A stretch of DNA of 64,000 nucleotides from Chrysomallon squamiferum. Taxonomy: Eukaryota; Animalia; Mollusca. The stretch spans positions 42,532,001 through 42,596,000 of the forward strand of contig CM022665.1 of assembly GCA_012295275.1 (NCBI GenBank). The letters are read 5' to 3'. The notes beneath the pieces were generated by a model. That model was not told where the DNA came from and made no database searches. It saw nothing but the letters and a program-made list of their open reading frames with translations. The translations under genes were made by a program, and so were the position numbers. Positions 38,708-51,000 of this stretch are shown here, in pieces (position 1 is the stretch's first letter; each line of letters opens with the position of its first letter).

Positions 38708-41700
38708 TAGTAACAGTATTACATAATGTTTTTTTTTTTTTAAAGAATAATAACAACAAATAATAGTAATAATAATAAAATATATTTTAGTAATTATCAA
38801 ATGTTTTTTAAAAAATTCAGTTATAATGGTTTTGAACACACACACACACAGATTTCTGTTTATCAATTTTGATACATTTTTAAAAATTATCATCATTAAT
38901 ACAGTGACAAAAAATGTATTGTCTGCATCCTGTTAAATAACCGCAAACCGATGGAACTGAAATAACACAGGAAACATAATACTGCCCCCACCCCTTTCTG
39001 ACACGCTGTTAAAACCTCACTTCACTATTTTTACAATTTCAGAGAACGTCTGCCAGGATCTGTTTCTCTAACATGATTTATATAAACATACATGCTGCCT
39101 TTTCCAAGCCAGAATGACCTCTGACATTTGACCTGAAATGGTCAGCTGGAGTTGGCAGGGGCAGAGGTATGATAACCCAGCAAGACCACTGCTGGGAAAT
39201 TTGATATTTGATATATGGTGGGTCAACCCCGATTAAAGGAATGTTTGGCAAAAAACATTCTTTTCTTATCTTTTGTAGACTCTAAATGTTATTACTGGTG
39301 TGGTTTTTTAAAACAAAAATAATGGTCTTTATTATTATTTTATTTTTTTGGTTGTCAAAACACATCTGGATGTCACTTTTGAGGATGGAATAGAATGAAT
39401 GTTTAATGACGTTCCAGTAAGTTTTAATATTAATAGTTATTATGTAGCTGTCAAAAGTTTCTTGAATAATAATGATTTGAGAGATGAAATCAATTCACTT
39501 GGCTTTTTTTATTATTATTTATTTACATATTGGCAGCATCAGATCTTTTATATATCTATCTTGTATTGAAGAGGAAGCACAAATCACAGCCTTTACATAT
39601 AAATCTGCTGAGACAGATTTTATTAGAATAGTCTTTAGTCCTGGTAAAGAAAACAGAAAGTTCCAGCTGTAGAAATTATTCTTTTATTAAGTAATTGTCA
39701 GCAAAAGTCAAATTAGACAAACTGTTTATCCTAAATTTGATATAAAAATTAAAAAAACCCAGTAACATTGTTGTTATTGTTCTTAGTATTCATAATGATA
39801 CTGATGATGACAATGATTATTATTATTATTATTGATGATGATGATTGTTATTATTATTATTGATGATGATGATGATGACAGTGATGATTGTTATTTTCAT
39901 TATTAGCAGTAGTTGTAGTAATAATGAATACAATAAAACTGATCTAAAACATAATGGCAAGACCAGGATTTCAGAACTGGGAGATAACCTTTACAATGGT
40001 GGAGATATTATTTTCAAAATGAACCTAATTTCATCATGATGAAAAGAAACATCTGCCATCAAAAAAAAAAAAAATCTGACAACACCACCAGAACAGCATG
40101 CACAGAATGCAATTCTCTGGACTCCTAGAAAACTGCCATTGAAATCATCACTGGTTGTTTTCTGATGTTATAATATGAATTTTGTTAAAGCATTTCTGTT
40201 AAAACTGACTGTAATGCCTTTGATAAATGATCAGTGTAGAAATCCATGCTGATTAAAGTCTGGTGCACTTTTACAAGATGCATGCAAGAAGATAATTGTA
40301 AATAATTGCTCCATTAAGATACGAGGGATGGAGGTAATTTTATTAAATAAAACAGCAGGAGAAGAGTTCTTCAGGAAATGTTAGAAGTTTTAAAAATTAC
40401 AACCAGACACACCCTGGACAGGTACACTAACTCCTCTCTTTTAACACACAAACACATAAATTAACAACAGACACACACACACACACACAACAACAACAAC
40501 AACAACATAAAAAACATACATTTTTAACATGCAATTTTATGTCAATATTCAAACACACACACACACATACAAAAAAAAATATATATATAAAAAAATAATA
40601 GTAATAATAAGAATTTTAAAAAAGGAAAACAAAATAAAAAAATAAAAGCAAAACAAAAGAAAACAAAGCATACAAACATAAACAAAGCCTGTTCTGACAA
40701 AAGGTCAAACTTCTGACATCCATGTTACTGATGGCCTGTTACCCATTATCCCAACATCCCAGTGTTTCAACAGGCCAGTATTAACAAATACCATTTCTGT
40801 ACACACACACACATACACTAACTCATCTCTTTCTCATTTACCTCTCTCTCTCTCTCTTATCTGGATAATTACAGAATTATGAAAGCTGCCAACATGTCTG
40901 AAGTGGAGTTCACTTATATAAATGAAGTTCTCCAAATTTTAATATTCCTTCTTTCACAGTCTCTCCAAAGCTTCTTATACTAAACCTAATTTAGGTTTTT
41001 AAAACTTGACAAGCTGCCAGTGTTTAACCATGTCCCTCATGATGAAAATTCACTGATAAAAGTACACATAATCGGTTATTGTCAAATTATTAAATATAGA
41101 TAGCTAGACGGGCAAGAAGATGTAGAATATGGAAAAGAATTTCATAAAAACATAAATGTTTTATCTGCATTCTGACAAAAAAAACAACATCAAAATTTGT
41201 GTCAAAATTTTATCGATATTTTATAGTTATTCACTTAGTTCTCAAGGATGAGTTGGAAGTCTGAGGTAGTTGTTTGTTGATTAAAATAACTCATTTATTA
41301 TTCATTATCTCAATATGCAACCCGACACTCAAAACAGTTCACTTTAATTAATTTAGTCCACATCCAGTCCAGAAATTACATTTTAAATCAGGAATTTCAC
41401 GAAACTGTGAGATAGATCATTTTTACAATAGTAATTTAGTTTTTGTTTGTATTTTTATGTTTTAATACAGTCTTTCTTCCACTTCAAGGAACAGAATTTG
41501 TTTTAAAATTTTCTTTGATGTTCAATATAAAAATTATTTTCTGACAAAATTTTCTGGCAGTGTAAAGGAAATAATTTATTGACCAATGACATGTTTTCTT
41601 TTCAAAGAAAATACTTTAAAAATGCAAGTGTGTTTTGAGAAAAACAGGTTTGATAGACAATGCTGTTAGAAAATGTTTATTATTCAAGCAAGTTCAAACA

Positions 41701-43130
41701 AAAACATACAAGTTTACATAAATAAATAAAGAAAGAAAAGGAAGCTTTAGCTAATTAAAAATCACCTAAAAAAAACTAATTTAAAATCTGAATTACTAAT
41801 TCATCCAAGCCCCAAAAAAGAAAATGAAATTTTTATCTCAGAATGAATTAATAGTTAAAAAAACAACAACATCCCAGTAACAACAGATGCAACTTTTCAG
41901 CCCACACTGCAGTACCTAATATCCTATAAAATATCAGTGTCATCAAAACTGCATAAACATCTCACTGAATCAAAATGTAAGTACTGCTTATCTAATACAG
42001 ATCACAGCACATGGTTTAACCAGGCATGAAATCATTATGTACTATGACATATCAGTTTAAACAGTTCTACTGTGTAAACCGTTCTTTCCAATCACGATGA
42101 AACCGCCCTCTTTGTTATTTTATCTTTCAGTGCATCATTAGAATGGAATTTGTTTATCACAGACTTCATTTTTGGAGTAAGAATTAGAATATTGTGTGTT
42201 AAAATATAGCAATAGTCATGAAAGTATTTTGGAGAGAGAAAAAAAAAAATCTAAATACTATATTGTATGTAAATATTCCATAAATAAAACATGATGAATT
42301 GAAAACCAGTATTCTTACAATTTATGAATTTAGCTAGACTATTTAAATGTAAATGTTTTAAGAAGCCTCTCTTTTCTAATTTTATTTTAATTTCTTAAAT
42401 TTTTAAAATATTTTTTTTTGTATTTGACTTGAACACCATTAACCTTAGATATACCTTTGAGAACAGGAAGTCTAAATTAAAATATCCTTAATGTATAAAA
42501 TAAAAGTCTGTTTCAAAAATGTGTATGTGAAACCATATGCATTATGTCATGTCTTAAACCTGAATTCTGAAGAAACATTCGTGTAAGAATGTGAATGCAA
42601 ATATACGAATGCTGCTTAGGAAAATGTTTTTTTTTTATTATTCCTTGAACAGAAATACTAGGCCTGACTGCTGTAATAAATAAAACATTCAGACAATGTC
42701 TTTGAAGATTCGAATGTAGGCATTAATGTGTTGGATAATAAAATAAGCTACAAAGCTAGCCAGACATCTTTATGAAGGAATGATTCCAAAGCAGTTCATG
42801 ATGAATTGAAAACTGCTTATTAAATAATGAATATAAATGTGTAATAGCGTTTGGGTGTGTATATGCATGTGTGAATATGAACGCATTAGATTTGTATATG
42901 CAAGAATGTGTGTGTGCATATGTCTGTGCATGTTTTGTGTTTGTATCCAAGACTGCACATTAATGTGTTTTTTAATATAAGAATAACATAACTATATACA
43001 TACATGCATATATATATATAAATCTATAACTATATATATATATATCTTATATCAATACATATCTATATCTATATATATATATATATATATATAGATATAT
43101 ATATAGTTTTACATGTGTGTGTGTGTATAT

Positions 43131-43190
<60 letters not shown>

Positions 43191-46100
43191 TTATGTGCAT
43201 ATATTGACAGACGACAGCTAGATAGATAGACTGTGTGTGTGTGACACACATGCAAATGCATATACACAAATATGTACATACATACAGTGATATGAATGAA
43301 AACTTTCAAGCCATTAACAAATCGTCTATTTGAAATTATTAATAAAAAAAAACCACTGGAATATTTTAACACAATGAACCAACATAGCTGATGAAATAAT
43401 AAACAAAAATCAGTGAAAAGTTTTAACACATCACTATGTAACAGTAGAAAAGTGGACAGCTAAGCCACTATTCTGTATAATTATCCTGACAAAAACAACA
43501 ACTTATTAGCAGCAATTTGCTTCCTCCGGGGACCCTCTGAAAGGTCAAGCCACACCAGTATAATGGAGAAAGCGTAATTGTTTTCAAAGGTTTGAAGTTC
43601 AGAGAAAATTATATCCAGTGCCGAATGTTATTACTGAATGAAATGTTAAAGGAAAAGGCAGCAGGAAACAGAGTTTATCAAGTGTTTTATCACTGAAATA
43701 AACTAAAAAAAAAAAAAAAAATAAAATAAAAAGAAGAAAAAATATATATAAAAATAAATAAAAATTAATAATAATAAAAAATAAATAAATAATACAAAAT
43801 ATTAAAAACAAATTAGTAGATGTGATTTCATATATAAAATAAAACAAAAAAAACCACCAGTAATTATCGTAATTTCCAGCTGGGTGTTACAGTTATGAAG
43901 TATGAATCATACAGATAATATAAACAGAAGTATTAACAGATCATATTATTACTTTTCTCACTCACTCAGTGGCCAATGTTGACAGTGTAAATATCATTAT
44001 TAATGACAAATGGCTGTAGAGTTTTTATTAAGTTGTTTTTTATCAGTATAAATAAACATTAAACATGATTTTATAGCAGAAAATAATTATGATAATAACC
44101 CAAAAGTATATTATGACTTTATTAATCAAAAAAGATAATAAATTTTTGTTGTTTATTTTTGTATATTAGAAAGAAATTGAGTTTACTAAAAATTTTTTTT
44201 TTAAAAATTGAAAAAATAAAATAATAATAATAACAATAACAATAACATAGAAAGAAAGAAAGAAAAAAAAGAAAAAACTGTGAAATTACAGATTAATAAG
44301 GAAAGACAATGGAATTTGTAAAAGGTAACTTGTTATAATAATTTAGAAGGAGATTAATGTTATTCAAATATATAGATACCAGTAGACATAGTAGACAGAC
44401 AGACAGATTGTTATACAGATGTCAAGAGATAGAATAAAGAGAGAGATAGACAGACAGATAGGCAATTAGATAGATAGATAAGTAAATCAGAGATCTTCAT
44501 ACCAAGACACAATCATATACAGGCAGAAATAGCTAAACAGACAGGCAGACAGATTTTGAAAAAAGATTAAACAGATTTAACTGACAGTGAAAGTTAAATA
44601 TTCTAATATAAAATATCAACATGTAAAGGATGAAATTTTGAACTCTAAACCTATCATACAGATATTATGTTTGCTCTTCTAAACAGATTGTTTATATCAC
44701 ATCTTATATTCTGCTAAACTGGAAGTATCAAATATACGACACCTCTGAATGTCACTGACCATACTGTGTAATATATCTGATACCCACGTTTTCCTCTGTT
44801 AATTCAACACCCAGATTAACCTTTTTCTATGCCAAGACATGTGCATTACCGGATTTATTCATGATTAATTCTATTCATAGGACATGTGACAAATAAATGT
44901 ATCTCCAACAGCTATGTGATACGTGCAACCTACTTTTCTTTTGTATATGATGACATTTCCACAAGGTCATTTAAAGTGTAAAAAGATACTTTGGTTGAAA
45001 GTACTTACACATTACACAGTTAACAAGTTTTTTTGTATTTTTATTTTCTGTATGTACAAACACAAATCTTCTGTAAAAAATTAGAAAAAAACTGTTTAAG
45101 TGTCCAGATAAAGTTGATTAATTACAGTTACAGTTTTTATTACATCAACTAACAGAACTATTCTTTGTGTGTGCATGTGTGGCTGTGCAAGTGTGTCATT
45201 TATTTGCTATGTATTTATATGTAAATACACACAGATACACACAGATACACACAGATACACACAGATACACACATAAACACAAACATACCATCATACATAC
45301 ACATACACATAGCATATTTATATATACACATATAAAGGTACTTAAAATTTATTATATATATTATATGAATTATTTTTCAATAAAATAGACAAGACACCAA
45401 AATAAACAGAACTGTCAAGAAAAATATAAATAAGAGACATATTGCTACCAGGTGGCAAGAGAAACTCACAGCATCTGTAAATCAAAATACATAAAACCTC
45501 GTAACAGGCATAGGTGTGCACATTTAAATGTTCCAGTATTTACACAGAAAAAGCACACTGAAATATTCTAATACTAAAATATTTACATAGCGAAAAAGCA
45601 CACTGAAATATTTATAGAGAAAAAGCACACTGAAATATTTATATAGAAAACGCACATTGAAATATTTATATAGAAGAAGCACATTTAAATATTTAATTTC
45701 CAGAATACTTCTATCATAACACTGTTCAAGCACGCATGCCATGGACACATTCTCAGATTCTAGCAGACAGGTGAGCCTGGAGCAGGGAACACCACAAGAG
45801 TGGTCGTGCATTATTTATTTGATGTTAAAGTTTAAACTCTGGGGCTTGTGTCTCCCACCTTTGTTTCTTTGAAGTCCAGCAAAACATGGTACCCATGTGT
45901 TACTAATAGCCATGTGTTTGTAACACAACACTAGGCAGTGTTCATTAAGTGAGGATTGTGTTGGTCTTAACCAAACATTTTTTCCCCTTACAAAGCTAAT
46001 TATCAGACATTAGCTCCACAATGAGGAAACTTTCTACCATGCAGGGAAAGTGTTAGTAAGTGCTGAACATGTTACTAATAGATAAGAAACACGTGTGTAG

Positions 46101-48021
46101 TTCCCTCCCTTGATTTCTTTATATTTCTCACATCTCATATCCTCCATTGTTTATTTCTGTATTTTTATATACCCATCATCATCTCATTATTTTTAACAAA
46201 TTTCTAATTCTCTCCCTTGATTTATTTATTCCTCTCATTCTTCCTCTCATTGTTTAGCCTTCTTTCTCTATTTGATTACTTATTTACCCATCTCATCCCT
46301 AGACTGACTTCCTTTCATTATTTCTTAACAAATGTGTGTAATTCTCTCCCTTGATTTATTTATATCTCTCACATCACATATTTTTTCTCTCGTTCCTCTC
46401 ATTCTCTAACATTCTTTCTGTCTTTGATTACTTATTTACCCACCTCATCCCCATCACAGACTCACTTTCTTTATCTCTTAACAAACAGATGTGTGTAGTT
46501 CCCTCCCTTGATTTATTTATATCTCTTACATTTCATATTTTTTTCTCTTTTTCTAACATTCTTTCTGTCTTTGATTACTCATTTACCCATCTCCTCCCCA
46601 TCAGAGACTCACTTTCTTTCATTATCTCTTTCAAACAGATTGGACTTAGTACATGTCTATAAATAGTGGTTTTATCTGTTTTTATTTGGTATCTTTACTT
46701 AGATTTCTTCCATTTAAATTTTAAACTTTTAAAAATTAATAAAATAACCATTTACCAGCAAAAGTAACTATTACCTTGAATATTCAACATATTTAATAAT
46801 TAATAATTTAACATTTGCAAATATCAATTTGGTAAATTTTCATACCATAAAAGTAAATGAAAAATGAATCACTCATAAGCCTTCTTAAAAAGAATAAAAA
46901 AACAACAACAAATTTTTTTTATTAACACCAAACCCATTCAGTAATTAGTGATTTTAAATTTTATTTTAATATCAGGTAAGTCTGAAATTACTTAATCATG
47001 CAATGGATTCAAATTTAATATTGTAATATTCATAGAAAGAAACAAAATGTACAATAATTCAAGGGAAGTAATCTGCAGACAAAATCAGTGATTTCCTCAA
47101 GTACTTTTTTTTTTTTTTAAACTTTAATATTTCAAGTGAAATAAATCAGCTGTTTTAAAACTGAAATTCTTTTTCAACTATTATGGAAACGAAAAGCTAA
47201 ATTTTTCTATGTAATCCAAAAAAATTGGCACACTTTCCTTTTGTAGCCGTAAAAAGTTAACTGAAAGTGTAAGTATTTTTTCTTTCAGATTTGAAACATT
47301 TGTAAAATTTGGTCAGTTGTACTTAAATATATGAGGTTGTATTTGTTTTATTCGTTGTATTTTGTGTAGGTATATATGTCTGTCTATGTGTGTATGTGCG
47401 TGCATCTATATTTTGTGTTTTTATAGTACATTCAGCTTTTGACCATATACTTTTAAAGATGCCAGTAAATATAAAAATAATTTTAATATATAAAATACAT
47501 GTACTATGAATAATCATCAAAAATTCAAATTCATCTGACTTTACACATTTATGTTCGTGACATAAATACATGCAGTCTTTTGCACACATTCATACATGTG
47601 AAAAAACACAGAAACACAGCAAGTATAATAAAAGTAAGAACAAAGGTAAAGCTTACCTGCAGATTTTCGGCATACAGCATACTTTTAAGTATCTGATCTT
47701 GACGATGTTGGGAAGCTCTGTGTTCCATGACATTTTCCAGGTACAACAGAATTTCTTGCACTTTTGTTGATGATGGTAACAATTCCAGTGCCTGTAATAA
47801 AGTTTGAAAATATTTTTAAAATTTTGTTTTATTTTATGTCAGAGATGTTTGATTGTTATGTTTCTGATTTTTTATCTGTAATGATGAAATAAAAATAACA
47901 ACATGATAATAATAATAATAATAATAGTAATATATACATACTTATATAGATATATATATATATATATTTTAAATGTATTAAAGAAAAGGAAATTAAACAG
48001 TGCCCGTGTTCAAAACAGCAA

Positions 48022-48061
<40 letters not shown>

Positions 48062-51000
48062 TTTACAAAATAATAAAAACAAATACCAAAATTAAATACC
48101 TAAAATAAATCTTGACAATAAAAAAAAAAAAAAAAAAGGAAAAAAAAAAGAAAAAGAAAAAGAAAAATATAGAATTAGAATAAGTACTATATATTATTTT
48201 TAAATTACAAAAAGAAATATGTCATTAATAGAAATGACCCCCAAAAATTCTAAATTAAAAATAAAGAACATTAGTTTAAGTTTCTAAATAGTGAAAAATT
48301 AAAATAAGTAAATAAATCAATAAATCAAAAATCTAAAATAACTTACTTAATTTTTAAATAAATTTAAGCTAATGAATTACATAATATTTTAGTTTCTAAA
48401 AATATTGAAAAAGAAAACTGTACTTATCTAAACAATAAATATAAATTAAAAAAATAATATTTAAATTTCTGAATTACAGATACTAATAAAATAAACATAA
48501 ATAAATTTATGAAAATTGATATAAATGACACATATTTTTTATTTAAAAAAAAAAGATGAATTACAAACAAAAAGCATAATATTTAAATTTCTAAACGAAA
48601 AAGAAAAAGCAAAAATATTTGAATGAATAATATTATAAACAATTTAAAATTAAATCAAAATTGATATTTACATAATCATGTCAGGAAATAATAATAAAAA
48701 ATAAATGAATAAATCAAAACAATACTAAATAGAAAGTAAAATAATTAAATAATTATAAGCTGACAATCAGACAAAATTAAATAAAAACTTCTAAGTGTCT
48801 GAACAATCTTAAACTTTGTCACTTAAAAATATATATATAAGTAAATAATAATAAAACAAATTAATAATGAAAAAAAATAAAAAACTCAAAATATATGAAC
48901 AAAAAATTTAAATATTTAATATCCAAACAATACAAAACTTATTTTAGAAGTAAAATATTAAATTAATTACAAAACACTGAATTCAGTTTAACAGTTAAAG
49001 TATTAGCCTTACTTGAGTAGTTTCTATTTTCCATGCATGGTCTTCTAGTAACCTGAGAGCTGCGTCCTTGTCAGGCTTTGCTTTCATTGTCTGACTGACA
49101 CCAATCCCCAGCACACTGGGCTCCGGAGGCTGCAGATACATCTTCAGTAGATTTGTGTAAACCTAGGTTTGAAAACAGAAAGTTTCACTCTCATATATCT
49201 TCAGTAGATTTGTGTAAACCTAGGTTTGAAAACAGAAAGTTTCACTCTCATATATCTTCAGCAGATTTGTGTAAACCTAGGTTTGAAAACAGAAAATGTC
49301 ACTCTCATACATCTTTAGTAGATTCATGTAAACCTAGGTTTGAAAACAGAAAATTTAACTCTCATACATCTTTAGTAGATTTGTGTAAACCTAGGTTTGA
49401 AAACAGAAAGTTTCACTCTCATATATCTTTAGTAGATTCATGTAAACCTAGGTTTGAAAACAGAAAGTTTCACTCTCATATATCTTCAGTAGATTTGTGT
49501 AAACCTAGGTTTGAAAACAGAAAGTTTAACTCTCATACATCTTCAGCAGATGTGTGTAAACCTAGGTTTGAAAACAGAAAGTTTCACTCTCATATATCTT
49601 CAGCAGATGTGTGTAAACCTAGGTTTGAAAACAGAAAGTTTCACTCTCATATATCTTCAGCAGATTTGTGTAAACCTAGGTTTGAAAACAGAAAGTTTAA
49701 CTCCCATATATCTTCAGCAGATGTGTGTAAACCTAGGTTTGAAAACAGAAAGTTTCACTCTCATATATCTTCAGCAGATTCGTGTAAACCTAGGTTTGAA
49801 AATAGAAAGTTTCACTCTCATATATCTTCAGTAGATTCGTGTAAACCTAGGTTTGAAAACAGAAAGTTTCACTCTCATACATCTTCAGTAGATACATGTA
49901 AACCTAGGTTTGAAAACAAAGTTTAACTCCCATATATCTTCAGTAGATTCGTTTAAACCTAGGTTTGAAAACAGAAAGTTTCATTCTCAAACATCTTCAG
50001 TAGATTCATGTAAACCTAGGTTTGAAAAGAGAAAATGTCACTCTCATACATCTTTAGTAGATTCATGTAAACCTAAGTTTGAAAACAGAAAGTTTAACTC
50101 CCATACAACTTTGGTAGATTTGTGTAAACCTAGGTTTGAAAACAGAAAGTTTAACTCCCATACAACTTTGGTAGATTTGTGTAAACCTAGGTTTGAAAAC
50201 AGAAAGTTTCATTCTCATACATCTTCAGTAGATGTGTGTAAACCTAGGTTTGAAACAGAAAATTTCATCCAAAAAGAAGATACACCTCAATGCATAAATA
50301 TCTATAAAATATTTTAAAATCAGAATTATATTTATCTAAAACATAGAAAAATAACTTTAAAAAATAAAAAGGCTGCCATCTGTGATAAAAAAAAATATAG
50401 ATACACACACATGCACATAAATTCAGTATATCCAAAATAAAATAATCAATCAATGAAATAACTAAACAAAATGCAAACTGACAAATATAATATTATGAAA
50501 AAAATATACTTACATCTTTGTTGCCTTCTTTATCTTTATCAAAATTTTTCTTACAGTAACTAAATTAAAAAAAAATAAAAATTTAAATCAGTGACAATAA
50601 TAAATATAATCAGTTTATGTTAATTTAACTTTTACATATCTTAGTTTTTCATTGACCAAAAAATAAATATAAAAATAATAATAATAATAATAATTTTTGT
50701 TACACTTATAAAAACCAAAACCCCCCATAAATAATAATAATTAAAGAAAGAAAGAAAGAAAAAAGAATATATATAAATTACAATGTATGAAAACAAAAAT
50801 AATAAAATGATAAAAATAACTCAATAAATTGTAGGCTTTGTAACATTCAAATAAAAAATAATTTTTCAATGAAACCAAAAAAATATCAACAAAAAAAATG
50901 TAGAATTGTTTTAAGTTTATATTTTCTTACTAACTGAAGTATGTTATAAATTATTTTATTTTTGGGGACTCACTCTTCTGCTAAAGCTGGATCGTGTAAT

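Noticed and set aside
39953-40141. Possible decayed MITE (aatggca...tgccatt ends); similar hints at 34440-34596 and 63968-64000
   Set aside because: Terminal repeats too short or degenerate, and no target-site duplication or second copy is visible. A repeat library would be needed.
41018-41037. ATGATGA...CTGA resembling C/D snoRNA boxes
   Set aside because: Boxes are under 10 nt apart, far too close, and there is no terminal stem.
25332-47589. Many 60-106-aa ORFs rich in F/I/L/Y or dipeptide repeats
   Set aside because: Translations of AT-rich or microsatellite DNA with no recognisable domains or compatible splice chains.
49153-50317. Longest ORFs in the track (257, 107 and 135 aa, plus strand; [18 protein letters not shown] repeats)
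   Set aside because: They are antisense translations of the 57-bp minisatellite, whose unit is a multiple of 3 and stop-free in those frames. They start at non-ATG codons and break at a 2-bp deletion.
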